DNA of 64,000 bases from Candidatus Latescibacterota bacterium (GTDB lineage Bacteria > Latescibacterota > UBA2968 > UBA8231): positions 4,448,001 to 4,512,000 of the forward strand of contig OZ241362.1 in assembly GCA_965200315.1 (NCBI GenBank), written 5' to 3'. A program made the translations under genes and the position numbers. Under the pieces are notes generated by a model, which had not been told where the DNA came from, searched no databases, and saw nothing but the letters and a program-made list of their open reading frames with translations. Shown piece after piece: positions 1-10,636 of the stretch; position 1 is the stretch's first letter; every line of letters starts with the position of its first letter.

Positions 1-1
1 C

Positions 2-85
2 CAAGCGCACTCCGTGGAAATCGATTTCGACCTAGAGCGCGGGCAGTCCATCGTGCCGGATATGGACAATTTCAAGGGGATTTGA
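2..85 (+). CDS. 3' end of a gene entering from the left edge (partial)
   Basis: Open frame QAHSVEIDFDLERGQSIVPDMDNFKGI ending at TGA 83-85. Confidence 0.45.
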   Translation, partial: QAHSVEIDFDLERGQSIVPDMDNFKGI

Positions 86-158
86 GCAAATGCGACGGGT
101 TGGTAAAGCCCCTATTTAGCGTACATTATGGCATGAATGCGCAAAAAGGAGCGCGACG

Positions 159-737
159 ATGGAAATGGTACTACGCATGGAAGACGTCGTCGATATGGAT
201 GACGAGCATTTCTATGCCCTCTGCCAGAACAATCCAGACATGCGCCTAGAGCGCAACGCCGACGGAGATGTAGTTATCATGCCGCCCACCGGAGGAGATA
301 CCAGTCGGCGCAACGCCGAGATTATTGTGCAATTGGGGGTATGGGCGAGGCGAGATGGGAGCGGGGTTTTATTCGACTCTTCCGGCGGCTTCCGCCTGCC
401 CAACGGCACGGTGCGCTCGCTCGATGCGGCTTGGGTGGAGATGGGACGCTTGGAAGGCTTGAGTGCTGAGGAGCGCCGACATTTTTTGCCGCTATGTCCC
501 GACTTTGTCGTCGAGCTGCGCTCGGAGAGCGACTCCCTCTATGCAGTGCAGGATAAGATGCGCGAGTACGCGGCGTGTGGAGCGCGATTGGGCTGGTTGA
601 TTGACCCGTCGGAACAGCGGGTGGAAGTGTATCGCCACGGACAGCCTGTGGAAGCGTTGATCGGCATGAGCGCTGTTTCTGGCGAGCCGGTGCTGCCGAA
701 GTTTGCGTTGGAACTGGACCATATATGGGCCGAATGA
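159..737 (+). CDS. Uma2 (DUF820) family PD-(D/E)xK endonuclease-like protein
   Basis: Motifs LERNADG..IMPP, FDSSGGFRLPNG..RS.DAAWV, CPDFVVELRS, LGWLIDP; RBS AAGGAG. Confidence 0.9.
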   Translation: MEMVLRMEDVVDMDDEHFYALCQNNPDMRLERNADGDVVIMPPTGGDTSRRNAEIIVQLGVWARRDGSGVLFDSSGGFRLPNGTVRSLDAAWVEMGRLEGLSAEERRHFLPLCPDFVVELRSESDSLYAVQDKMREYAACGARLGWLIDPSEQRVEVYRHGQPVEALIGMSAVSGEPVLPKFALELDHIWAE

Positions 738-750
738 GGAGCTTAAGCAA

Positions 751-1083
751 ATGCGACGAGTTGGTTTTCAGATGCAGGTCAAAAAGGATCGAATCGCCGA
801 GTACAAGGAAGAGCATCGCCAAGTGTGGCCCGAAGTCTGCGCGGCCCTCACGCGCCACGGCTGGCATCGCTACTCGCTCTTTATGAACGCAGACGGCCTC
901 GTCTTCGGCTATTTTGAGACCGAGACGGATTTTGCCACGGCCCGCGACGGCTTTCTCGCCGAAGAGGCCACGCAGCGCTGGGGGGAAGCCAACGAGGGAT
1001 TAGTCGAAATACCGGAGGGCGGCCCCAAAGACGCGCTAATCGAACCGCAGCCGATCTCGTGGGAGCAGCCGGCGGTGGCATAG
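751..1083 (+). CDS. L-rhamnose mutarotase family protein (C-terminus atypical, possibly truncated)
   Basis: RVGFQMQVK...EYKEEH..VWPE...G..YSLF; ATG 751 with GAGGAG upstream. Confidence 0.75.
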   Translation: MRRVGFQMQVKKDRIAEYKEEHRQVWPEVCAALTRHGWHRYSLFMNADGLVFGYFETETDFATARDGFLAEEATQRWGEANEGLVEIPEGGPKDALIEPQPISWEQPAVA

Positions 1084-1107
1084 CCGCAATCGCCGCGATG
1101 AACGCTT

Positions 1108-1515
1108 TTGGAGTCCCGGCCGCAGCCGGCCGCGTTTGACCTGATTATCTCGCGCAGTTCCAATACGTTCGCCGCGCTCTCGTCTGGGGCATTTGCCCTC
1201 GCCGAAAATTACCTATTCACCACCGAGGCCCTCGCCGATTTCTATCGCGCCCTGAGCACAGACGGCATCTTGCTAGTTGAGCACCAAGTGTACATACCGC
1301 GTCTGACCAGTGCCGCTTTAGAGTCGCTGCAAGAACTGGGGCTAGCCGCGGAAAGCCACCTCGCGGTGTACGACCTGCCCACGCAGCGACGGCAGGTCTT
1401 GGTTTTGGGACGGCATCCGCTGACGCGCACCTTAGTCGATACGACCTTGCCGGCCCTGTTTACCGCAGCCGACCCGGCGAGCCGCACCCTCCACCCAAAC
1501 CCCGCAGCCGAGTAG
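1108..1515 (+). pseudogene. Internal fragment of a spermidine-synthase-like SAM methyltransferase
   Basis: FDLIIS.SSN...AENYLFTTEAL.DFY.AL..DGIL motif; no N-terminal SAM-binding or membrane part. Confidence 0.55.
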
Positions 1516-1580
1516 TATGGAGCGATCGCAAACGCTGCCGCCGTAGGCAAGTCCTCAACCAACGAATAGGAAAATTGCAA

Positions 1581-2966
1581 ATGGCAGATTGTGTTCTCCA
1601 AACCTTGGTGCCAGACATCGAACGCTTGGCAGCAACCAAGGTCGCCAAGTATAGACTGCCTGGCTTGGCACTCGGCATTGTCCGCGATCGAGAACTCGCT
1701 TGGTTCGGCGGGTTCGGTGCAGCGGACCTCGATTCGGGCAAAAAACCTACTGAAAGCACAATTGCCCGCATCGCCTCCGTGACCAAGACGTTCACGACAA
1801 CTGCGATTATGCAGCTACGGGATGCAGGATAACTCAAGTTGGAAGCTCTACTGGTCCAGCACATTCCCGAATTTGCTTCAGCTCGCGCTATCCGCGGCGA
1901 TGTTGAAGGCGTGACGCTCCGACGATTGTTGACACACCGCTCTGGATTGGTCACCGAGTCGCCGACGCACGGTTGGAATGATCTCCACTTCCCAAGCCGC
2001 GAGAAGATGCTTGGCAAACTGCCGGAGACGGGGATTGTCATCCCGCCGGACTCCGCTTTCAAATACTCAAACCTTGCATTTGGATTGCTCGGCGAGGTGG
2101 TGTACCGGGTCACCGGCGCTCCATACATTGAATACGTCTACGCCAATATCATTGAGCCGCTCGGCCTAACATCCACGGTCTTCGACCTCACGGACGCATT
2201 GCGTCCTCACTTCTTTGTCGGTTATAACCCAGCGCCCTACCAAGACCGCCCTGAACGCGCTCCTTACGCCCATCTGAACGGGATTTCAGCGGCGGGTCAA
2301 CTGCATTCCACCGTTGGCGACTTGGCAAAGTGGGTATCGTTCCAATTCCAAACCGACGGCGGAGACCGCCGCGGGGCACAGGTACTCAAGGGATCAACAC
2401 TGGTGGAAATTCAACAACCGCAATACGCCGAGCCGGACTGGTCGGCCGGGCAATGTCTAGGCTGGCGAGCAACCCGCATCGGCGACCATATCTATCACAA
2501 TCACGGTGGCGGAATTCACGGCTTTGGAACGCAGGTATGGTTCAACGTTCCGCGAAAAACCGGCGTGGTTGTTCTCAGCAACATGTGGCCCCCGCCCGGG
2601 GGTCTTGAAATTGCACAGGAAGTACTTGAAATGATACTGAATGCCGACGAAGCGGTGCCGCTTGTACCAGAGCAACGAGTGCTTGAACCAACGCCAGAGG
2701 CATTGCGGCGTTTTGTCGGTTATTATCGCGCCGAGCCGGGCATTGAGGTGGACATTGAGGTGCGCGACGGCAGTCTGCGGCTTGCGGCTCACGGTGGGTC
2801 TGCGTATTCCCTACATGCCCCGGCAGTCCTCGAACCGACAGACAAGGAGGAGGAATGGCTTGTTCGCGAAGGTCGTGCCGCCGGAGAAATCGCCCGCTTT
2901 ACGTTTGACGACGATCGCGTACTTAGCTACGAGTTGGGAGCTTTTGTGTTCAAAAAGTTGGTGTGA
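1581..2966 (+). pseudogene. Serine hydrolase (class C beta-lactamase family) interrupted by in-frame TAA at 1830-1832
   Basis: SVTK (SxxK) before the stop; LLTHRSGL, YSN and HGG after it; both ORFs in the same frame (DAG*LKLE). Confidence 0.85.
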
Positions 2967-3016
2967 CGAGGCGGCCCCTGCACCTGATTTACCCCTCCCA
3001 CAGTCCGCGCAGTTCC

Positions 3017-3799
3017 TCAGACGTCTCGTCCAGCCCGATGTCCCGGAACTGGCGCAGGCCAACCGGGCGGGGGGAAGCCAATTTCTGTGAGGATCGCCTT
3101 CAGTCTTTCCGGATAGTTTGTCAAAATTCCATTGACGCCGATCTCGATGTAAGCTCGCATATCTTCAGGGGTATCCGCATAGAAGACATGCACAACTCGT
3201 CCTGCCGCATGGGCCTTTTGGACAAACTCCCGAGTCGTGATGTCCCGTCCCGGCTGCATCGTCCGCAGCCCCATCTCTACCGATTTTCGGATATATTCCT
3301 CTGGTGTGCGATTTGCGCGAAAGATCCGGCACTCAATCCGCGAGTCAATTTCGGCAAAAATTCCAACACTTTCATCGCGGCATGCCAAAATAGAAGCCTC
3401 TACCATCTGAAACTCGCGCAATGCCTGTGCAACCTTGCGCTCATAGTGACCGTCGGGATTGCCCCCCTCTTTGAGGTGGACATTGAGTCTAACCTGCCCT
3501 TGTACGAGGTCTAATGCTTCCTCCCATGTTGGCACGCGCTCACCCCGAAACTGTTCACCAGACACGCTTCCGGCGTCGAGGGCTTTGATTTCAGCTAGTG
3601 TGAGTTCGGCAATCGCGCCCGTGCCATCTGTCGTTCGGTCTACGGTTGAGTCGTGCATGACAATTAGATGGTCATCCTTTGTCATGTGGAGATCTAGCTC
3701 AATCTCATCAACGCCAATTTTCAACGCCTTCTGAAAGGCGATCAACGTATTTTCGGGATAGTTTCCCGACGCACCCCGATGAGCAACATTAGCAACCAT
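3017..3799 (-). CDS. Glycerophosphodiester phosphodiesterase family protein
   Basis: AHRGASG.YPENT, IELDLH.TKD..LIVMHD..VDRTT, GV.GILTNYP. Confidence 0.92.
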   Translation of the reverse strand: MVANVAHRGASGNYPENTLIAFQKALKIGVDEIELDLHMTKDDHLIVMHDSTVDRTTDGTGAIAELTLAEIKALDAGSVSGEQFRGERVPTWEEALDLVQGQVRLNVHLKEGGNPDGHYERKVAQALREFQMVEASILACRDESVGIFAEIDSRIECRIFRANRTPEEYIRKSVEMGLRTMQPGRDITTREFVQKAHAAGRVVHVFYADTPEDMRAYIEIGVNGILTNYPERLKAILTEIGFPPPGWPAPVPGHRAGRDV

Positions 3800-3843
3800 T
3801 TTTTATCCCTCCTTGATGAGCAACATTAGCAACCATTTTTTAT
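3778..3843. repeat. Two identical 29-bp direct repeats (period 37) covering the GDPD start codon
   Basis: gatgagcaacattagcaaccattttttat at 3778-3806 and 3815-3843. Confidence 0.95.
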
Positions 3844-3867
3844 TCCTCTTTGAATGGCCTCTCTCCC

Positions 3868-6534
3868 TTACGGCGTACCGCGGTACGGCACCATCACAAA
3901 CGCCCCACCCGTAGGCGAGTGCCGAGAGTTTTCGTACACAGTCACCAACACGCCAGCTTCCACATCAGTTGCTCTCTGCGTGCGTCCCGAAGGCCAGCGT
4001 ACGCGTACGACATCCGCTCGTTGATGCGCACCTAAGCCGACAATTAAGGTCGCGCTGTTTTGGGCCGAAAAGCCCTCGCCGGCCCGGTGCTCGCGCAACA
4101 GCGTCCTCCCGCCGACATCCACTTGCACTTGTACGCCATAGCCATCGCGCACGCTCCATTCGTGCGAAATCTCGGCGCGGTCGTTGCCCCCCACAAACCG
4201 CAACGCGAGGATGTGCCCCGCCTTGCTGCGGTTGGCAAACAGCTCGCAAAGCGGCTCATTGGCATTGACGACGGCCAAATCGATGCGCCCATCGCGGTCG
4301 AAGTCCAAGGTAGCAAAGGCGCGGCCATCCGCAGGCGAATCCGCCGCCGACAGGCCCGACACGTCGAGGAAGGCTCGGCCCGCTAGGTTGAGGAAGAGGC
4401 GGTTGCGCTGGTAGCCGCTGAGCGAGGCCCCGGCGTCGAGCCGCGCCCCCACGTTGTAGGCCCCATCGGTTCGGCCATGGCGCACGACCGTGCGCCAAAA
4501 CAGGCTTCAGGTATCCTCGAAGAGAGCGACTGCGGACGGCGGGGTGTAGTAGCCACTCAGGGCGTAGATATCGAGGTCGCCGTCGTTGTCAAAGTCCAGA
4601 AATTGACCGCCCCAACCCCAGCCGCCGTCCTCCACCGGCGAATCTGCAACAAGAGTGAAACCCTCACTGTCGTTCCGCAGGAGGGAGTTGCCCCGGGCCA
4701 AAGAAGCAAACGTCTTACCCGCCTGCCCGGCGGCTTCTGTGATGCGGCGACCAGCGTTGCTGTGCATGTTGGTCACGTACAGGTCTTGGCGGCCATCCCC
4801 GTCGTAATCAGCCCAGCTCGCGCCCATGCCAAAGCCCGGATCCGCAGCTCCGCTCGCAGCGGTGACATCGACGAGGGCACCGCCGTCATTGCGGAGCAAG
4901 TTGTTGGCGGCAAAGTCATTGGCGAGGTAGAGATCCGGGTCGCCATCGCGGTCGTAGTCAGCCCAAGTCGCCTGTAAGGTATTGCGCCACATGGCGGCGG
5001 TGGGCGCGAAGCGATTGTTGCCGAGATTGCACAGCAGGAAGTTGGGCGGCCCGGGCGCGTCGTGGATGAGGTGGCCGATGCGGTCGCGACTCAGGTCGTA
5101 GAGTGCGCGGGCGTGGTCCGCAGGCAGGAAGTCGGCCAACAGTGCGCCGCCCCAAGGCGCGTCGCGGTGCGCGGAGGGAGCCGCTTCGAGCAACATCCGC
5201 GCGGCATACGTGGAGAAGTACGTATCGAGCAGACCGTCGCCGTTGTAATCGGCCGCTGAGATCGAGGCCACGAGAAACGGCAAGACGCCATCGCCTAAGT
5301 CGCGAGGGACGAAGCGACCATTCTCGTTGACCATGTAGAGGCTGGGCGCAAGCGTGCGACCGAGGAAGACATCTGGATCGCCATCGTTGTCAAAGTCGGC
5401 GAAAAGCGCGGCGGCCGTGTGGTGCTCCACGTCGAAGCCGTATTGGGCTGCGCGCTCGGTGAACGTGCCGTCGCCGCCATTGTGCAACAGCATGTTCCGA
5501 CCTTGGCGCACGGCAATGTACAGGTCGTCGTACCCATCGTCGTCGATATCCACGACGCTGATGCCGGGATGGCGGTCAAAGGCTTGGCGGGTGAAATAGC
5601 GATGCGGCGCGACGAACGCGGAGTCGAGGAACGACTGGCTCACTAGTTCGGCGTGGCGCGAAAACCGAGTCCGAGCGCGGTCCTCGTCGCGTGGGATCGC
5701 CTCGTCGAGGACTTCGGCAAATAGCGAGTGCGCCCGCGTGAGCATCTCCAGCGACTCGGTTTCCCAGCGTCGAATCCGCCAAGTGGCATCTTCCTGCCGC
5801 TGCCAGTCGAGCACCAGCCGAGCCAGTATTTGTGCGCGCTTCCCGTCTTTTGTCTGCGCCGAGGCGTCAAAGCGCAAGTGGGCTTGGTAGATCGTCTCCG
5901 CGTCGAGAAAATGCCCGGTCTCAATGTGGAAGGCCGCATAGTCGCCGGAATCAACAGCCGCCCACAGCGGTCCCCAGAGCTGGAGATCGGCGCGGCGGGC
6001 CTGCTTGGTGGGTGCGACGTTCCAGCGCTGACGCTTAATACCCAGCGCCGGGACGACTTCGGTCGCCTCCCCGGTCTGCTCCACATCCGCAACATCAACC
6101 GCAGCGGCAAAAAGCGCACGAGCCGGTGCGGGGGGCAGTTGACCTTGGTACATCCCCAAGGCAAGAAGCGGCAGCGCCTCGCCGCTCAGGTGCTGCTGCA
6201 CCGCTTCGCTGCGGTCAATAGTCGCCAAGAGCCGGTTGCGTTCCTGCACCTTTTGCAGCGAGCAGACCGTGCCGTACCCCCCGAGGGCGGCAAGCGTGCC
6301 AAAGGCGAAAGCGACGAGTACAATGGGAGCTAGCGGCAGCCGAGGACAGCGCCAAACGAGCCAACCACCGCCAAAGAGCAAAGCTATCTGGAGGACGATG
6401 ATACCCTCGAGGCCAAGCGGATGCGCCGGAAAAAAATGGGCGAGCCCCAGCGGATTGAAGGCCAAGCCACTGAGCAGCAGGGCCGCACCGGCGAGGCGCC
6501 CGGCCGCGTGTTCAGCTCGTTCTTTGTCGCGCAT
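3868..6534 (-). CDS. Membrane-anchored FG-GAP/VCBS (CRTAC1 family) protein with C-terminal ASPIC/UnbV domain and one in-frame TGA (putative selenocysteine) at 4507-4509
   Basis: ORFs 4507..6561 and 3868..4485 share a frame (...ALFEDT-TGA-SLFWRTVVRH...); many DxDxDGxxD repeats; ASPIC/UnbV motifs GEGFSAQNS..LIVGLG and VRWPSG; hairpin after the TGA. Confidence 0.75.
4478..4497 (-). promoter_or_regulatory. Bacterial SECIS-like hairpin
   Basis: mRNA UGA-AGCCUGUUU-UGGCGCAC-GGUC-GUGCGCCA: perfect 8-bp stem with a G-led GGUC loop starting 17 nt after the UGA. Confidence 0.65.
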
Positions 6535-6541
6535 GGTATAT

Positions 6542-7759
6542 CTACGCGGCCATAGTCCCAAAGCGCACCATGGCCTCAGCCAACGGCAGGGCCGACACCC
6601 CGTTGGGCAAGGTCATAGTCTCAGCACCGGGATAAATGACCCACTTTTCGCTTGGGGTGAGGTCTTTACATCCTTCGTAAAACCCTCTGCCGGGGCGGGG
6701 GTCGGTGGTATTCATCTTCACTTCCACCGCGATGCTCGGGCGTCCACCACGCAGGAGAAGCAGGTCGATTTCCGCGCCAGCCGCCGTGCGCCAAAAGGCG
6801 AGGTCCCACCCAAGCGGCAGCACCGCAGAGAACTGCTCCACGACAAAGCCCTCCCAGCTATACCCAGCTACGGGATGCCCGAGAATCTGTTCGCGGCTGT
6901 GCAGGGCGAGCAGAGCGTGCAGGATGCCGGTGTCGCGGATGTACACTTTAGGCGATTTAACAAGGCGTTTCCCGATGTTCCGCAAGTAGGGTAGGAGACA
7001 CCGCACGAGGTACGTCTGCTGGATGGCATCGAGATAGCGCCCAGCCGTGGTGGCGCCGATGTCGAGACTGCGCGCCAGTTGACTGGCATTCCAGCACTGG
7101 CCGTGGTTGTGGCCCAGCATTTGCAGGAAGCGGTACATTCTCGCCGGCGGCAGTTCAAAGCCGATCAGCCGCAAATCGCGTTCGGTTATGTCGCGCACAT
7201 ATTGCTGACGCCAGAGGGCACTTTGCCCGCTCGTAGCGGCGAGCAGAGACATGGGAAAGCCCCCGCGTTCCCACAATACTTCCAACGAGCAAAGATCCGG
7301 GACGATCTCCTCAGCACTGAACGGCGTAAGTTCTATGGTCAGCAGCCGACCAGCTAGGCTTTCGGCGCTCTGGCGGCGCAGATCGGGCGTGGCCGAACCA
7401 AGCAGGAGAAACTGCCCGGGGCGGCGGTTCTGGTCGATGAGTACCCGCAAAATGGGAAACAACTCCGGCATGCGCTGTGCTTCGTCTATGACGACGAGTT
7501 CGCTCTGGTCAACCTGCAACGCCCGCAGGGGATCTTCTAAGATCAGCCGGTGCCGCGGATCCTCTAGGTCGAAAAAGCGGGGCGCGGGCAATATATCTAG
7601 CATGTTGACCAGCGTCGTTTTTCCGCACTGTCGCGGGCCGACCAAAGCGACGGCCGGGAACTGCGCCAGTGCCTCCAGTACTCTGTTTTTGGCCAAGCGA
7701 GGGACTATCACGAGGAACTTTCCAAGAGGGATAAAATTACCTTGTATATTAACCATCAA
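6542..7759 (-). CDS. AAA+ ATPase with DUF4143 domain (AAA_14 family); start may be GTG near 7711
   Basis: Walker A GPRQCGKTT, Walker B VVIDEAQ, LLGSA, ESLAGR, KSPKVYIRDTG, EIDLLL. Confidence 0.9.
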   Translation of the reverse strand: MMVNIQGNFIPLGKFLVIVPRLAKNRVLEALAQFPAVALVGPRQCGKTTLVNMLDILPAPRFFDLEDPRHRLILEDPLRALQVDQSELVVIDEAQRMPELFPILRVLIDQNRRPGQFLLLGSATPDLRRQSAESLAGRLLTIELTPFSAEEIVPDLCSLEVLWERGGFPMSLLAATSGQSALWRQQYVRDITERDLRLIGFELPPARMYRFLQMLGHNHGQCWNASQLARSLDIGATTAGRYLDAIQQTYLVRCLLPYLRNIGKRLVKSPKVYIRDTGILHALLALHSREQILGHPVAGYSWEGFVVEQFSAVLPLGWDLAFWRTAAGAEIDLLLLRGGRPSIAVEVKMNTTDPRPGRGFYEGCKDLTPSEKWVIYPGAETMTLPNGVSALPLAEAMVRFGTMAA

Positions 7760-7792
7760 ACGGTGAATTTACAAGGATAGATAGCGACTTCT

Positions 7793-9091
7793 TTGTCGCG
7801 GCGCGTGTGCGCAGTATATTTAGAATCCCTCCAAAAGAGGAGAACGCTTCTGTTCGCTGAAATCGCCCGGCATGCCCTCGATCGGGTGCCTTTGTCCATC
7901 ATCTTCGACGATTCCACAGTGCTGGTCAACCTCAACTATTTCTTCCTCCGCGATCGCACCATCGCCGAGGGCCGTCCCCAGCGCTGGGAGGACCTGCCGG
8001 TGGTCCATCCGGCGTCCTTTACCCGCGAATTTGCCGAGTGGTGCCTAGCAAGCGGCGTCCGCGGCAAGTTCTCGGTGGTGCCCTGCCCGGCGGCCCTAGG
8101 GCGCATCGACGAGGGGTTGCCCCTTTTCAGCAGAGCACAGCAAGACGAATGGCTGGCTATGTGCCGCGAGCTCATCGTCCCCGCCTTCGACATCACGCCC
8201 GAGATGCTCACCCACACGTTCGTATTAGATCCCAAAACCTTGCAGCCACTCCCCTCTAGAATATGGGAGCAATACGATTGGGCCGCGCTGCCCGAAGACC
8301 AAGAGGAGTTGGTCACCGAGTACATCGCCCAAGCGTGCCGCATTCTAGTCGCCGTGGGCCTGACGCCGCAAGGGGTAACCTCACCGGGCGGTTTTGGCGG
8401 CCGCACCCTGCCCTTTTACGCCCACTGTGCTGGCGAGGCCATACGCCAAGTCACGGGCAACCGAGTGCCTTACTTTTTTCAGCGGATCTCAAGGGACGAC
8501 ACGGTAGATACGCCCGTATGGTACCCCGATCGCCAAACCGGCCAAGCCACCGGAGAAATCATCGCCTCCACCGGCGACTGGACCGGCAGTTGGACCGGCT
8601 ACGGCGAGGTCAATGCCGACAAGTACATCACTCCCGACTTAGAGGGCGGCCGCCTACCGGCCCTCATCGACGCGGGCGAACCGGCTGTGCTCATCAGCCA
8701 TTGGCAGGGATTTTATGGGCTACACGATGAGGACCGACGCGGCTTTAACGCATTCAAGAAGGTGGTTAGCCGTCTCGCCGAGCGCGATCCGAGGGGAGAG
8801 CGCACTCAATGGCGCACCTGTAGCCAGATTACCACTTATGCCTGCGCCCGCGCCATGGCCGAGATTTCAGTAGAGGGCAACACCATTCGCCTCGATCTGC
8901 CGGTGCAGACCCCTGACCTGACTCTGCATCTGACGGATGGACAGGTGCGCTCAGTCCGAGTGGATGGCCGCCCATTGACGCGCGCTGCGAACCGTGCCGC
9001 CTTCAAAAGCGATACTTTCCTGTTAGAGGACGAAGCTACTTTAGTCGCCTTTGACCCGGCCCAACGCCGGGTGCTCGTAGAAGTGGAGTGA
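7793..9091 (+). CDS. Conserved hypothetical protein, possible deacetylase-like barrel; start uncertain (CTG 7850 follows the RBS)
   Basis: 432-aa ORF; PLSIIFDD, GKFSVVP, PEMLTH, G.TSPGGFG, SHWQG. Confidence 0.65.
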   Translation: MSRRVCAVYLESLQKRRTLLFAEIARHALDRVPLSIIFDDSTVLVNLNYFFLRDRTIAEGRPQRWEDLPVVHPASFTREFAEWCLASGVRGKFSVVPCPAALGRIDEGLPLFSRAQQDEWLAMCRELIVPAFDITPEMLTHTFVLDPKTLQPLPSRIWEQYDWAALPEDQEELVTEYIAQACRILVAVGLTPQGVTSPGGFGGRTLPFYAHCAGEAIRQVTGNRVPYFFQRISRDDTVDTPVWYPDRQTGQATGEIIASTGDWTGSWTGYGEVNADKYITPDLEGGRLPALIDAGEPAVLISHWQGFYGLHDEDRRGFNAFKKVVSRLAERDPRGERTQWRTCSQITTYACARAMAEISVEGNTIRLDLPVQTPDLTLHLTDGQVRSVRVDGRPLTRAANRAAFKSDTFLLEDEATLVAFDPAQRRVLVEVE

Positions 9092-9116
9092 CCCACTTAA
9101 CACGGAGACTGTACCC

Positions 9117-10190
9117 ATGAACTCACGCCCGCAAATACTCATCGCCTGCAACAAGCACGTGCGCGAGCAGTACCTCGCCGCAGCCGATTTCAAACGCCTC
9201 GAAGCCTTCGCCGACTGGGACTGGTTCGAATGCGAAGGCGGCGGCATTTACGACACCAACGCAGACCCTGAGATCGCCTGTGTGCTAGGCGAGCGGCTAG
9301 GTAGCTACGACGGCTTGGTCGTCTGCCACGGCTGCCCGACGATAGATGCCGCGATCTTGGATCAAGCCCCCGACCTGAAGATCATCGGAGAGTTGGAAGG
9401 GGACCGCTTTGCCAGCCGCGTCGACGTCGAAGCCGCTTGGGCGCGCGGCGTCTGCACGGTCGATACGACCAACGGCTCGTCGTATCCAGTGTCCGAGTGG
9501 GCCTTGGCGCTCATCATTATTGCTCTGCGCAACGCCGGAGCCCAATTCCGCCGCCTCATCGCCGGCGACGTGCGCCCTCGTCCGCACAGCGACTTTGGCT
9601 TTATTCACGGCGACCTGACCGGCAAGCGGGTCGGCCTTATTGGCTGCGGGCACATTGGCCGGCGGCTGATTCAGTTTTTGCGGCCCTTTGACGCGGAAAT
9701 TTGGGTGTACGACCCGTACTTGGCGCGGGAGATGGCCGACGCGGTCGGCTTCCTCAAAACCTCACTGGACAACGTGATGTCCCAGTGCGACGCCATCGTC
9801 TGCTTAGCCCCGCACACCCCGCGCACCGAGCGCATGATTGGTCAGCGGGAATTGGATCTGATCCGGCCGGGCGCGGTGTTCGTCAATGTGTCACGCGGCA
9901 AAGTGGTAGATTCAGACGCGCTAGTGAGGCGGCTCAAGCGGGGCGACATCGTCGCTGGTTTAGACGTGTTCGACCCGGATGTGGGCGAGGACAACGCCTA
10001 TGGCGACAAGGAGATTCTCCACTTGGAAAACGTCTTCGTCACCCCCCACATCGCCGGCGTAACCGTACAGAGCTACCCGCGCTTTTTCACGCTCATGGTC
10101 GATGAACTCGACCGCTTCTTCCACGGGCACGAGACCCTCTTCGACCTGACGCCGCGCTCCATCGCCAACCGCCGAGGCAGTGCGAGCTGA
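9117..10190 (+). CDS. D-isomer-specific 2-hydroxyacid dehydrogenase
   Basis: GLIGCGHIGR, FVNVSRG.VVD, AGLDVFD, VTPHIAG. Confidence 0.92.
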   Translation: MNSRPQILIACNKHVREQYLAAADFKRLEAFADWDWFECEGGGIYDTNADPEIACVLGERLGSYDGLVVCHGCPTIDAAILDQAPDLKIIGELEGDRFASRVDVEAAWARGVCTVDTTNGSSYPVSEWALALIIIALRNAGAQFRRLIAGDVRPRPHSDFGFIHGDLTGKRVGLIGCGHIGRRLIQFLRPFDAEIWVYDPYLAREMADAVGFLKTSLDNVMSQCDAIVCLAPHTPRTERMIGQRELDLIRPGAVFVNVSRGKVVDSDALVRRLKRGDIVAGLDVFDPDVGEDNAYGDKEILHLENVFVTPHIAGVTVQSYPRFFTLMVDELDRFFHGHETLFDLTPRSIANRRGSAS

Positions 10191-10192
10191 CC

Positions 10193-10636
10193 ATGCTGAC
10201 CCCACTCCAAGTTGGCCAATTCCACGCCATGGGGTTTGTCAAGCTAAGGGCGTGCTTGACGTCGGACGAGGTAGCCCAGTTCGAGGCTGCGTACAACAGG
10301 CTGATCGCCGGGGCCTCGGCTTACGACTACTTTGAGGACAACCTCGGGCGGCCGAGCCGGGGTACGCGCCAGCAGGGGCGCTGTGCCGAGTTGGACGACG
10401 ATTTCGCCAGCTTTGTCGAGCACCCGCGCATCGCCGCGGCGCAGCAGGACATTTTCGGGCGACCGTGTCTGTTCCACGGCGGCGGGGAAGTCTGGCTGAA
10501 CAGGAGTGATACGCCGTGGCACAGCGACGTGCTGGGCGACCGAGGCCGAGATCCAGATTTCTACACCATTAAGGCGGCGATCTACCTCGACGAGTTGGAG
10601 GCGGATTCTGGATCGCTGAACGTGATTCCCACTTGA
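10193..10636 (+). pseudogene. Phytanoyl-CoA dioxygenase (PhyH) family, C-terminally truncated
   Basis: F..MGFV.LR, PWHSD (HxD), IYLD....SGSL.VIP then stop; usual GSH and distal His are missing. Confidence 0.7.
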
